Assembly (NCBI RefSeq): GCF_963921235.1
Contig: NC_086097.1
Coordinates: 148,988,001-149,052,000, forward strand
Direction: 5' to 3'
Source of the DNA: Mobula hypostoma
Lineage: Eukaryota
Length of the DNA: 64,000 nucleotides
Within the stretch, counting starts at the first letter, position 1. Each line of letters opens with the position of its first letter. Made by a program: the position numbers and the translations under genes. Of this stretch, positions 12,150 through 24,480 are shown in pieces. Under the pieces are notes generated by a model that was not told the origin of the DNA, searched no databases, and saw only the letters and a program-made list of their open reading frames with translations.

Positions 12150-12330
12150 TGTTCATCTGCTGCCTTCCTTAGCAGAGGAACAAGAAGCAAAAGATGTCTG
12201 CCCAGTCGTTCTCTTTCTGCTCCTTACTATCCCCTTTCTGGTGAGCCTTTACTTTAATCACTGCTACCCCCTCAGGTAGCTGGACAACTAACAGCTCCTG
12301 ACTGTGCTTGACCCCTCCCTTGGGACCCCC
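12150..12330 (-). pseudogene. Retroviral RNase H C-terminal remnant
   Basis: 'LPEGVAVIKVKAHQKGDSKEQKENDWAD ... RKAA' matches the retroviral RNase H ending (V.AH...GN..AD..A+.AA). Confidence 0.8.
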
Positions 12331-12419
12331 TGACATGATTCCCACCCATCGCCCTGTCTCTCCTCCCTGCTTGGGGCTGCTGTCTCCCTGTGGGCCATGA
12401 TAGCTGCTATGCTGGTCAC

Positions 12420-12716
12420 ACATGTTTGCTGTCCCGTTATTTCTCCTGTTCTTGAGTCTGTGATAGCACCTGCCTCACTCAGTGCATCTATCCCCAGAAT
12501 ACTACGTTCATTGTTTGGGCACACCCAAAAATCTACAGGACGCTGCGCTCCCTCAATCTCAATTAGCTGGGACTGACTTCTCTCCACTCTCATTGTTTTA
12601 CCTCCTGGACTGGTTATGTAAATCATCTCTCCAGTTATGGGCAAGGGTAGATCATTTATCAACATGTCCACCAATATTTCACATTGCCAGCCCCCTAATA
12701 AGCCTCTAGTGTACAT
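12420..12716 (-). pseudogene. pro: Retroviral aspartic protease remnant
   Basis: 'CEILVD' (DTG triad disrupted), flap-like 'ITSPGGK', C-terminal 'SILGIDAL'. Confidence 0.7.
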
Positions 12717-12854
12717 TCGTGGACTACCACTACAACAAAGGCTACCATCAGTTACTTGTCTGACCTCACCAGCTCTGTAATCTGGTCGGCAGCCAAATCA
12801 GAAAGCGAAATGCACTGCTGCAGATTCTGCCTGCTTTGATGAGTGATTTTCACA

Positions 12855-13567
12855 CTTTGCTCTCTTTTCAAGACACTGCCTCCAACCCTGGCCTGAGAAG
12901 CTGCAGCTGTAACAAATAACTCCCTTCACCCTGTCACATCTATTCCCGAATTTCCTTGCCTAGTGCTCCAGCTGCTGGCACACAAAGCAAATTCTCTGTG
13001 ATGTCACAACAGCTAAAGGTAAATTCACTACAGCCACTTTACAAATTCTCTTCCCCCTCCTCTGGTCTATCTCACTGCCTCATGATACTATCGCGGGGTA
13101 GGTTGATCATAAGGTGCCCTTAAATCTAGAACTTCCTGGTGGGCTGAGCTCAGACCTTCCTTCAGCATTTTCAGGAAGATTTGGTCATCCCTCCCTGGAT
13201 TATCCAACCCTGAATACTCCTCATATATTCGATATTTACATTCTGCATAATCCATGGCAGACTCATCAGCTCTCTGAACCACTGACATTATCGTTCCCCA
13301 GTTACTCTCACCTCCTCCCAGTTGCATTCTCACCTTCCCTGTTAAAGAAGCGATATCTCTCTTCATTGCTGGCATTCCCTCTGGTAGTTGCCCATGTACC
13401 ATCCCGTGCCCCCGGGCTATACGGTCCCACACATTCCTCGGGCACTTTGCTTTTACCAACACGTATATATCTTTAATGTACTTCTGGTGAATTCCAAGCA
13501 TTTCCTCGAGCTTGTGCCAGAATTCTGCATTTCTGCAAGCGACCTTAAGTGAGGGCAGCTCTGACAA
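12855..13567 (-). pseudogene. gag: Retroviral gag remnant (capsid + nucleocapsid)
   Basis: 'NWGTIMSVVQRADESAMDYAECKY' MHR-like; decayed knuckles 'CFVCQQLEH*ARKF' (~12950-12995) and 'CYSCSFSGQGWRQC' (~12872-12916). Confidence 0.75.
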
Positions 13568-14214
13568 AATGCTCTGCTTCTCCCTGGGGTGAAGGGTTTA
13601 TGGATGGTTGTGATCAAGGTCAAGGGCTGGCACAGGTTGTCAGGGTTCTTGACCTGATGTTGCCTAACCTCAATCGATGCCATCCTGACAGATATACCTC
13701 TCCCTCAGATATGTCCACATTATGCAAAATGTAAATGATGGATAAAAATTAAACAGTACATACTAAAAACCACAGAGTATGCAGTGCAATCTACCACTTG
13801 AGTGTGTCTGAACTCATAATGCCTTTTGTATTCCTTTGCATTTAAAACTGTTACACCAAGGTTACAGACTTATTGTTAAAACATACAAACACACTCACAA
13901 ATGCATCTGCTACTGTGCAGTTCCTCAAATGAACATACGCGCACTTCACTTGCATCTCTAATGGTGAGTAACCACCCTTTGCAACTGGTGGCACCAAATT
14001 AACACACAAATGTTTAATCTCTTGCATAAACACAATTGCACGCACACACACCACACTACTTTTATATCTACTAGTTCAGCTCTCTGCTGTGTTTGTGATA
14101 CCTCGTAATCCCGTAGTCACCGACCCAAACAGGTGTAAGTGCGAGAGTTAATTTTAAAAATACTCACCCACTTAGACTGCTGAGATTGCTGGCCACACAA
14201 TGGGTCACAAAGGT

Positions 14215-14232
14215 ATCCCAGGCAAGCCCCCA
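14215..14232 (-). promoter_or_regulatory. Primer-binding site, tRNA-Pro-like
   Basis: Minus strand TGGGGGCTTGCCTGGGAT versus canonical TGGGGGCTCGTCCGGGAT (15/18), 2 nt after an LTR-like ...CAACA end. Confidence 0.85.
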
Positions 14233-14234
14233 AG

Positions 14235-14754
14235 TGTTGTAATGTGAACAGAGTCACCAGAGAGACACCGAAACTAGCGGATACAGAAGTATTTTATTCA
14301 AAATGACACATTCTTGTTCAATCCAATATCACATGACATTTTATATGCTAAAGATCAAAGGTAACAGCAGGACAATTTTATACTACAATGTATCTACAAT
14401 GCTTCCTTTGAGTTGCATATAATTTTCTCACCTTCTTCACACCCACACTCCAGACACCCAAAATGAATGCTAATCTGCATTGTCTGGTTTGAAACCAACT
14501 GATATCCACAGCTCCATGAAGCTATTGTCCAAGGCTGCATTTTAGATTTAATCTACAATCCACAATCAGGTCTAAAGATTGGTCGCTGAAATTAATAGTT
14601 GCTATAAACCCCAACTCCAGAATATGCCCTAAGAAGTAGAACATTAAAAAGAACTCTTGTTCTGCTTGACCAATGAGCAGTTCTGTAAAGGTACTTGCCT
14701 TTTTCACGAAGTACTGCTCCACCTCTGTTTTAAAAGACTGGCCTACCTGTGACA
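14235..14754 (-). repeat. Candidate 5' LTR
   Basis: Ends in CA next to the PBS; minus-strand AATAAA at 14293-14298 and TATAAAA at 14339-14345; distal boundary uncertain. Confidence 0.6.
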
Positions 14755-15077
14755 GGGGTATCTGGCCAGCTCCGGTTAAGCTAGCAACTACAATAAATAG
14801 TCAACAGTACGTTATTGTTTTTATTTGTGAGGGTATAGGTTAGTGTAGAAGAATTAAGACGTATGGCTACAAATAGGACTGATGAAAGTAACTTTGCAAA
14901 AGAATAAAGGAAACCTCATGGGACTTTCCAATAGCAGGCTTGTAGAGAAGCTAAATGGGTGGGGTGGGATTGTTATACTTCACTTGTCCTCTAATTTTCT
15001 CATGTTGCATGGAGGAAACACCTTCCAGTGTACATGACCTCGCTGTATAGGATTGAGCGAATTCTAGGCTAAGTTCC

Positions 15078-15700
15078 AGATTCAGATTCAAATTTATTTA
15101 TCACATGTACCTTAAAACATAGAGTTAAATGTGTCAACTGAGTTAGAAACCAACATAATTTAGGAATGAGCTGGGGGCAGCTCGCAAATGTTGCCATGTA
15201 GTCTGGCAGTTACGTGGCGTGTCCAGAATGCTCAGCAGAACAATACAGAACACAACAAGCAACAAAACATCGACAGGACGCTCCTTTCCTCCCTCCCTTC
15301 CTCCCATACACATGGACAGTCCTTGAACTTCAGGATTTGGCCATTGGTTTTCAACTTCCAGACTATTGAATGATCTTTCAGCTCTGATCTTCACTGTTGA
15401 CCCCTCTAGTACTAGCTGATTATGGGACTTTGAGTTCTAGGACTGACTGGGCCTCATGCCTCCTGCTCGCACCATCACTGGTTGCCGAGCATGCTGCAGA
15501 GGCCTGGATTGTGGATGTTCTTTGTTACCCGTTCACGTCACTGGACCGACTTCTAACTCCTCCACATTGTTGTCCTTAAGCCCTAATCTGACCTATAACC
15601 CCTCTCTGTTCCCAAAACCATCTGTACAAACTTAAACAAAACAATGAAGTCTGAGCCACGATCATGACTGAGACTACAACTCGGTGCCATCTTGGAAAAG
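15078..15700 (-). mobile_element. Interspersed repeat with Rex1-like 3' tail (unclassified)
   Basis: 'agattcagattcaaatttatttatcacatgtacc' head shared with ~31985 and ~32710. Confidence 0.55.
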
Positions 15701-16039
15701 AAAAATAGTGTAAGTTTCATTTTCAGTTTGGAAATAGTTTCCCCCCCTCACACTTCACTGGCAATGAAGTTTGAAGCTGACAGGGTGGGAATGAGTACTT
15801 GATGCGCCATAGTCAGGTTCCTGATACTATCAGTGAGTCAGCAGGATAGTTTTGGCACATGCAGGACAAATCCATAAAATGTTCACTGTAATCCTCAAGT
15901 TTCATGCACAACTGAGATAGTTATTGATAGACCAGTAATCTTGACTTTGAGGTTCTGAAGTGCTCGTTTATTAAATTGATTCTTTGGATTGAAGGGCATG
16001 AATTGGTGAGTTGGAAGAGCTGATGTCCTCTGGTTCAGG

Positions 16040-17135
16040 TCGCAAGGCATAGGAGCAGAATTAGGCAATTCAGCCCGTCGAGTCTGCTCCACTATTCTAT
16101 CATGGCCGATTTATTATCCCTTTCAACTTCATTCTCCTGCATTCTCCCCATAACCCTTGATGCCCTTCCTATTCAAGAACTGATCAACCTCTGCTTTGAA
16201 TATACCCAATGACTTGGCCTCCACAGCTGTCAGTGGCAATGAATTCCACAGATTTACCGAAGAAATTCCTCCTCAGCTTTGGTCTACATGGGTGTCCCTC
16301 TTCTATGGCTGTGCCCTCTAGGAACAGACTCCCACACTACAGGTCCACATCCACTATATCTAGGCCTTTTGATATTCGGTGGTTTTCAATGAGATCCTCC
16401 CCCACCCATTCTTCTAAACTCCAGAGAGTACGGGGCTAGACAAACACGCCTTTCATTTCCTAGATCATTCCTGTGAACTTTTCTGGATCCTCTCCAATGC
16501 CAGCATATCCTTTCATAGATAATGATCTCAAAACTGCTCACATTACTCCAAGTGCAATCTAATCAATGTCTTATAAAATCTTGGCATTACATTACTTGCT
16601 TTCATATTCTAGTCTTCTTGAAGGTAATGCTAACATTGCATTTGTGTTCCTTACCACCGACTCAACCTGCATGTTAACCTTAGGGAGTGCTGCACAAGAA
16701 TCCCAAGCCCCTTTACACCTCTGATTTCTGAATTTTCTCCTCTTTTAGAAAATACCAAATTGTATGACCATACACTTCCCTATACTATATTCCATCTGCC
16801 CAGTCTCCAAATCCATTTAAGTCCTTCCGCAGGCTCCATGCTTCCTCAAAATTACCTGCTCCTCCACCTACTCCATATTGTTTACAAACTTAGCCACAAG
16901 GCCATCAATTCTCTCATCCAAATCATGTATAAATGAAATGAAGCAGTCCCAATACCAACCCCTGCGGAGCATCATGAGTCACCTGCAGCCAACCAGAAAA
17001 AGCCGTCTTTATTCCCACTCCCTGCCTCCTGCCAGTTAGTAAATCTTCTATCCATGCTAGTATCTTTCCTATGTCACCTTGTTTAGCAGCCTCGTGTGGC
17101 ACCATGTCAAAGCCCTTCTGAAAATCCAAGTAAAG
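16040..17135 (-). mobile_element. CR1-type LINE fragment
   Basis: 'MDFQKGFDMVPH', 'WIEDLLTGRRQGVGI' and CR1 3' UTR. Confidence 0.85.
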
Positions 17136-17649
17136 TTAAGGTTTAGAAGGATGAGAGATGATCTTAATGAAACTATCTAATTTTTCAAGGGCATAACAGG
17201 ATGGATATTGAAGTATTTCACTTGGCTGAAGACTGTTGATTGCTATTCAGCCCAGTTGTTCCAGCTCTGCCATCAGTGAGTTTGTGGTTAATCTTTCACC
17301 TCAGCACTCTCCTGCACTACCATGATTCCTTGACTAGCTGAATGTTTGTTGATCTCTATCTTGATTTGACAGAGTGATTGAGCCTTCAGAGTACCTTCAA
17401 AGATGTTAAAGATTTACTGCACAGTGAGTAAAGAAACTCTAGTGCGGAATGGACAACTTCTTATTCTGAGACCCTTTCTTTTAGACACTCCAATCAGGGG
17501 AAGCATCAATTTTGCATGTTCCCTGTCAAATCCCAAATGAATTTGGTACATATCAATGAAATCACCAATTTAGAACTGGGAAAAAGAGACATTTTTCATT
17601 CATTAATCTGTGAAGCTTGGGAATCCTGTATCCTAAGTGACGTGGGTTC

Positions 17650-18540
17650 AAGGTTGGGATATGTCATCAAATTTGTTGTTTTGTGGCCAGAGCACGGTGC
17701 AATACATAATTTAAAAATTCTAAATTATAACAAGAAGCATGTATAAAAACAGAAAATTAAGTAGTGCAAAAAGAGAGGGAAAAATACTGAGATAATATTC
17801 GTGGGTTTATTGTCCATTCAGACATCTTATGGCAGAGGGGAAGAAGCTCTTCCAGAAACATGTGTCTTCAGGCTCCTGTTTCCAGGACGGAAAGAAGCTG
17901 CAGAGTGTTGTAAATTTAGTCGGCTCCATCTTGGGTACTAGCCTACAAAGTACCCAAGACATTTTCAAGGAGCAGAGTTTCAGAAAGGCAGCGTCGTTTA
18001 CTAAGGACCCCCAGCACCCAGGGCATGCCCTTTTATCACTGTTACCATCAGGTAGGAGGTACAGAAACCTGAAGGCACACACCCAGCGATTCAGGAACAG
18101 ATTCTGCCCCTCTGCCATCCGATTCCTAAATGGACATTGTACCCGTGAACACTACATCACTTTTTAAATATATTATTTCTGTTTTTATATGATTTTTAAT
18201 CTATTCAATATACATATACTGTAATTGATTTACTTATTTATTATTGCATTTTTTCCTCTATATTATGTATTACATTGAACTGCTGCTGCTAAGTTAACAA
18301 ATTTCACAACATATGCTGGTGATAATAAACCTGATTCTGATTCTGGCCTTGATGGTAGCTCTGTGAAAAGGGCATATCCTGGTTGTCGGGGGTCCTTAAT
18401 GAGAGATGCCACCTTTTTGAGGCATCTCCTTTTGACGTTGCCCTGGGTGCTGGGGGGGGGGGCGGTGAGGCTGGTGCCCATGATGAAGCTGGCTGAGCTT
18501 AAAACTTGCTGCAGCCTTTTCCAATCCTGTGCAGTGGCCC
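17650..18540 (-). mobile_element. Rex1/Babar 3' end on minus, split by a plus-strand copy of the same superfamily
   Basis: 'gtcttcaggctcctgt' (~17879) resumes as 'cttgatggtagc' (~18348). Confidence 0.75.
17880..18345 (+). mobile_element. Rex1/Babar LINE 3' end
   Basis: 'KDPQHPGHALLSLLPSGRRYRNLKAHTQRFRNRFCPSAIRFLN'; aataaacctgattctgattctg tail. Confidence 0.9.
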
Positions 18541-18639
18541 CTGAATGGAACATGAGCAGCTACTGGATCAACGAGTATGAGAACATTGCACTGGAGTAAT
18601 GTTGATGTAAAAGTTTAGCAGTGTCCTTACGAAATGGAC

Positions 18640-18980
18640 GATGTCCTTACTGTATCTCCGTAAGCACAGGTGCTTCACAAGGCTGTGGGTAGCCCTTTGC
18701 TGTACTCGCTTTACACTTGTGACTGTGTGGTTAAACATAGCTCCAATGCCATATTCAAGTTTGCTGACAACACCACTGTCGCAGGTTAAATTCAAAGGTG
18801 GTGATGAATCAGCATATAGGAGAGAGATTGAAAATCCGGCTGAGTGGTACCACAACAACATCTTACTTGATATCAGTAAGGCCAAGGAGCTGATTATTGA
18901 CTTCAGGAGGAGGAAAGCAGAGGTCCATGAGCTAGTCCTCATGAGGGTCAGCAACTATAAATTCCTCATGTGTGTTTCAT
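18640..18980 (+). mobile_element. Rex1/Babar RT fragment
   Basis: Similar to 21020-21167 and 22519-22690; 'ISKAKELIIDFRR'. Confidence 0.8.
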
Positions 18981-20219
18981 GATAAACTCTTGGTGGTGCT
19001 CTGATGTGGCGGTTTGCTGGAATTGTGTTCCTCCGACTTGGTACACCTAATGGTCAAATGCTGCCTGGCTTAATTTACCCAGGGAGTTTTCATTCATGAT
19101 TCTGACTGCAGCTTATATGCCACCAGTGGCCGATCATAATCAAACACTCACGATACTGCACGATGCCATCTCCAAACAAGAAACAGTCCATCCCAGAGCA
19201 TTTCAAATCATAGAGACTTCAACCTGGCATGTTTGAAGAAAATCGTGCCCAGTTACACTCAGCATATAATCTGTAGCACCATTGGTCCCAACACACTGTT
19301 ATACTAAGATAGGGAATGCCTACAGCTCCATGCCCAGACCACATTTTGGGAAATCTGATCACTTGGCTGTACTTCTACCTGCATACAGACAGAGGCTAAA
19401 GAACAAAGCCCCAGAAAGGTGGTTGCAGGAGGCAGAGGAGCAGCTATTGGATTGCTTCAAGTCAGTGGACTGGGGCATGTTCAAGGACTTAACTAGGGAT
19501 CTGAATGAATACACCATGGTTGTGAAAGACTTCATTAAAACAGCTGCAGATGAGTGTGTTCCCACAAAATGATTCTTAGTCTTCCCCTGGATGAACCATG
19601 AGATCTGAGATCTGCTGAGAGACAGGACAGAGGCATTCAAGGCCGATGACCAAGAGTGTTACAAGAGGTCCAGGTACGCTCTCTGGAAAGCCGTCTCACA
19701 GGCGAAGTGGCAATTCTGGACCATACTTGAATTAACATAAGGTGTTCAACAGTTGTGGCAGGGCTTGAATAGTGTCACCCCTTATAAAGTTAAATCAAGT
19801 GACATAGGAGACAGCAGGACTTCACATCCAGATGAGCTCAATGCCTTCTGTGCTCGCTTTGACCGTCAAAACATTGAGGAACCATCACAAACTCCCACAT
19901 AGCCGGATGATCTCTGAAGCCGATGTGCAAGCGGCTTTCAGGAGGGTGAATGCATTACTAATATCCGGCCCAGCTGGGGTACCTGGCCAAGTGTGAAAGA
20001 CCTGTGCTGATCAACTGGCTGGTGTGTTCACTGAGATCTTTAACCTTGCACTTAACCTTGTCCACCTGCTTCAAGCAGGCTTCAAGTATACTGGTGTCCA
20101 AGAAGAGTGTGGTGGCCTGCCTCAGTGACTATCACCCAGTAGCACTTACGTCTGCAATAATGAAATGTTTTGAGGGGTTGGTGATAAAACATATCAACTC
20201 CTGCCTGAGAAGCGCCTAA

Positions 20220-20732
20220 AGGCTGATTGATACTTCTGCGTCAAATCGACGCTGTAACCTACACAAGTGACCTACGCGCATTGTGAGCATTTATGCTTGT
20301 GCATTGGTGTGTCTGCGTCGCTCTGCAATTCGGGCACATCACACGTGCACACACCTGCCTGTGCAAGGCTTCATGGTCATGGTAGTCTTTCTCGGGGTAA
20401 GCAAGTTTAAAGCGAGCGTCTTTTTTCATAAAGGCGAAATGTGTCCTCCCTAATTTTGGAGGTCTGTAAAGCTTTATGGAAAGCATTGCAGGCAGAGTTC
20501 CTTTCCTGCCCTTCAGTTGCCCAATGGGAAGCTATTGCAACGTAGGAGGAAATACGATGCTACCAAGCAGCCCAATCATAGTTGTTGCGGTCTGCGTTGC
20601 CGCGACGCATAGTTACATTTTGGGAGAGGTGCGCATCAGGCTACGGCATAGGGATCCGCGTAGGCTCTGCGTAGGGTTCGCGGTGACGCCGTACCTATGG
20701 CGTTGATTTGATGCAGAAGTATAAATCAGCCT
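20220..20732. mobile_element. PIF/Harbinger-type MITE
   Basis: ~33-bp TIRs (aggctgattgatacttctgcgtcaaatcgacgc / gcgttgatttgatgcagaagtataaatcagcct); TAA TSD at 20217-20219 and 20733-20735. Confidence 0.9.
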
Positions 20733-21169
20733 TAAGATCCACTCCATTTTCCCTACTGACACAACAGGTCTTCAGCAGATGGCATCACATTGGCTCTTCA
20801 GTCAAGCCTGGAACATCTAGACAGCAAAGGTACATACATCAGGATGTTCTTTATTGATAACAGCTCAGTATTCAATACCATCATCCCTCAAAACTAACCA
20901 ATAAGCTCCAAGACCTTGGCCTCAGTACGACCTTGCGCAATTGGATCCTGGATTTCCTACTTGCAGACCCCAGTCAGTTCAGATTGGCAACACCAACTCC
21001 ACAATCTCCAGCAGCACAGGTGCACCACAAGGCTGCGTGCTTAGCCCCCTGCTGTACTCACTTTACACTTAGGACTGTGTGGCTAAGCACAGCTCTAATG
21101 CCGCATTCAAGTTTGTTCATGACACCTCTGTCGTAGGTCAAATCAAAGGTGGTGATGAATCAACATATA

Positions 21170-22518
21170 CAGTGCCTATAAAAAGTATTCACCTCCTTGA
21201 AAGTTTTCATGTTTTATTGTTTAACAACATTGAATCACAGTGGGTTTATCTTGGCTTTTTTTGACACTGAACAACAGAAAAGACTCTTTTGTGTCAGAGT
21301 GAAAACAAATTTCTACAAATTGGTTTAAATTTATCGCAGTTTTTAAACACAAAATAATTGATTGCATAATTACTCACCCTGTTCAAGTCAGTATTTACAA
21401 GATGCACCTTTGGCAGCAATTACAGCCTTGAGTCTCTGTGGATAGGTCTCTGTCAGCTTTGCACATCTGCACACTGCAATTTTCCCCCATTCTTCTTTAC
21501 AAAACTCCTCAAGCTTTGTCAGATTGCATGGGGATCCAGAGTGAACAGCCCCCTTCAAGCCCAGCCACAACTTCTCAATTGGATTGAGGTCTGGACTCTG
21601 ACTTGGCCATTCCAGGACATTAACTTTGTTGTTTTTAAGCCATTCCTGTGTAGCTTTGGCTTTATACTTGGGGTTATTGTCCTACTGGAAAAAAAATCTT
21701 CTCCCAAGTCACAGTTCTCTTGCAGACTGCATCAGGTTTTCCTCCTGGATTTCCATGAACTTTGCTGCATTCATTTTACCCGTTACCTTCACAAGACTCT
21801 GACTAAAGCTGTGAAGGTAGCGTTAGTGAAGCACTCAGGCAGCAGTTGATGTATGCACAGCCTCCCCATCTCAGCCACTGAAACTTGTAACTCCTCCAGA
21901 GTTGTCATTGGTCTCTTGGTGGTCTCCCTCACTAGTCCCCTTCTTGCATGGTTGCTCAGTTTTTGAGGATGGCCTGCTCGAGGCAGATTGACAGCTGTGC
22001 CATATTCTCTCCATATCTTGATGGTTGACTTAACAGTATTCCAAGGGATATTCAGCGACTTGGAAATTTTCTTGTATCCATCTCCTGACTTGTGCTTTTT
22101 AATAATATTTTCGTGGAGTTGCTTGGAATGTTCTTTTGCCCTTATGGTGTTGTTTTAGGGTACTGACTCACCAACAGTTGGATCTTCCAGATACAGGTGT
22201 CTTTTTACTACAGTCAGTTGAAACACCAGGACTGCACACAGATCTCCATTTAACTAATTATGTGACTTCTAAAACCAATTGGCTGCACCAGTGATGATTT
22301 GGTGTGTCATATTAAAGGAGGTGAATACTTATGTGATCACTTATTTTATATTTTATATTTGTAATTTAGATCACTTTGTAGCAATCTGTTTTCACATTGA
22401 CATGAAAGAGTCTTTTTCTGCTGATCAGTGTCAGAAAAAGCCAAATTATATCCATTGTAATTCAATGTTGTAAAATACGAAAACTTCCAAGAGGGGTGAA
22501 TACTTCTTATAGGTACTG
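21170..22518 (-). mobile_element. Tc1-like transposon (IR/DR type), internally deleted
   Basis: TIRs cagtgcctataaaaagtattcacc / ggtgaatacttcttataggtactg; TA on both sides; 'LEEFCKEEWGKIAVCRCAKL...VIAAKGA'. Confidence 0.95.
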
Positions 22519-24480
22519 TAGGAGGGAGATTGGAAATCTGGCTGAGTGGTATCATAACAATTAACCTCTCACTCAATGTCAGCAAGGCTTCAAGAGAAGG
22601 AAACCAGAAGTTAGTGAGCCAGTCCTAATTGGAAAATTAGAGGTGGAGAGGGTCAGCAGTTTTACATTCCTTGATGTTATTATTTCGGAGGACCTGTCCT
22701 GGGCCAAGCACATAAGTGCAATTACAAAGAAAGCCCCTCTACTTCCTTAAGAGTTTGTGGACATTCGGCAAGACACCTGAAACTTTGACAAACATCTAGA
22801 GATGTGTGGTGGAGAGTATATTGACTGGCTACATCATAGACTGCTTTGGAAACTCTGATGCCCTTGAATGGAAACTCCTACCAAAATTAGTTGATACAGC
22901 CCAGTCCATCACAGGTAAAGCCCACCCAACCATTGAGCACATTTACATGAGACCTTGTAGCAGGAAATCAGCATCCATAATCAGATACATCCACCACTCA
23001 GGGCATGCTCTCATCTCACTGCTGATTTCAGAAAGAAGGTACAGGAGCCACAGAACTCACACCAGTAGGTTCAGGAACAGTTACTACCCCTTAACCATCA
23101 GGCTCTTGAACCATAGGGGATAACTTCACTCAACTCCACATGCCCATCATTGAAATGTTCCCACAACCAATGGACTCACTTTCAAGAAGTCTTAATCTCA
23201 TGTTCTCAATACTAATTGTTATTATTTATTATTTCTTTCTTTTTATATTTGTACAATTTGTTGTTTTCTGCACTCTAATTGAATGCCCAGGTTGGTGTGG
23301 TCTTTCATTGATTCTATTATGGTTACTGTTCTGTGATGGATTATTGAGTATGCCTGCAAGAAAATGAATCTCAGGGTTGTATATGGTGAGATATATGTAC
23401 TTTGACAATACATTTTCTTTGAATTTTAAAATGTTAGAACAGACTTTAAGAACCACAGGCCCTATAGGCTTCACGTGTGCCCTTAAGTTCCAAAATATAA
23501 CAAGGTGCATTTCAATATTGTCTCATTTGATGTTAATTGCTTTGTGATATTTTAAAAGGAATGCAAATATTTCTATTTTATGGGTTAAATACGAAGCAAG
23601 CAACTACTGATCAAGTTTTTTAATTAGATACCCTGCCTTCTGGGAGCAGAATGGTTGACTGACCCAGATTTTGCCATTGTTCAAACTGAGAGGGGGCATG
23701 TTGGTGATGGGGTGATGCCAGCTTTGAGATGCTTAATATTTTAATGACCCACTTGTTCTGTTAAACTAAAATTACTGTGTTTCCCTGTTTGGAATGCACA
23801 ATTTTACCATCAAGAACTACGTCAGGAATTCTTCCTAATACATTGTGCAAATGTAGATTGGGAGTACTTCGCTTTATAGCACTATTTATTTACATATAGA
23901 ACCATAGGATTTACTTACCATGATAATGTCTGCAGGACTGTCAAATTTGTACCATGTTCAAGGTACCGTGGCTTTTTGTATAGCATTTTACACCACTGAG
24001 TGTAGGTAATTGAAATGATAACAATCAACCCACCTATTCAACTCTTGGTCTCTATTTTTCTTCTCATCTCTTTCCTTTCTCTCAGTCTTTTAATATGTCT
24101 CAGTCTTTTGTTTCCCTCTCCATTTGTCATCATTCAGGGAAATTTGGCCTGCTGCAGACTAAGCCACAGACCCAGATACAGACCCAAATTGTGTCATGAG
24201 TAACATTCCAGCTTTAAGTTCCAGTCTCCACCCGTTCATCTCACACTTGCTTAGAGCCATAATCAGCTTTAACTTATTTTTAATCACATGCGCACTAATA
24301 CGGATATCAAGTGCTGTTGGTTGGTGAAAGACAGTTGTTGGTCTGGCCAAGACTTGTTAGGCTTCCTGCTCAATGAGACGTCCATAAGTGAATGCTACCC
24401 TTAGACACATCACAGACTGATGGACATGCTGTAGCTCAGTGTAACCAATGTACCAGCTTTGTGTGGAAGAATTTCAGTTT

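Larger units (their letters stand above)
12130..14754 (-). mobile_element. Endogenous retrovirus remnant (probably class I-like): 5' LTR, PBS, gag, pro, RNase H tail
   Basis: tRNA-Pro-like PBS, leader splice donor, gag MHR-like motif, two decayed Zn knuckles, protease and RNase H motifs; outer LTR edge tentative (TGTCAC on minus at 14754). Confidence 0.8.
19000..23410 (+). mobile_element. Long Rex1/Babar LINE (APE end, RT, 3' UTR), interrupted by a Harbinger MITE and a Tc1
   Basis: 'PHFGKSDHLAVLL', 'DYHPVALTSAIMKCFE', 'NWILDFL', 'FKFVHDTSVVG', 'HSGHALISLL...RFRNSYYP'. Confidence 0.9.

Noticed and set aside
23919..23995. Minus-strand 77-nt exon candidate (ctcag|...|gtaagt) reading WCKMLYKKPRYLEHGTNLTVLQTLS, faintly like an antigen-receptor J segment
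   Set aside because: Lacks the F/W-G-x-G motif and a recombination signal; no partner exons; plausible by chance
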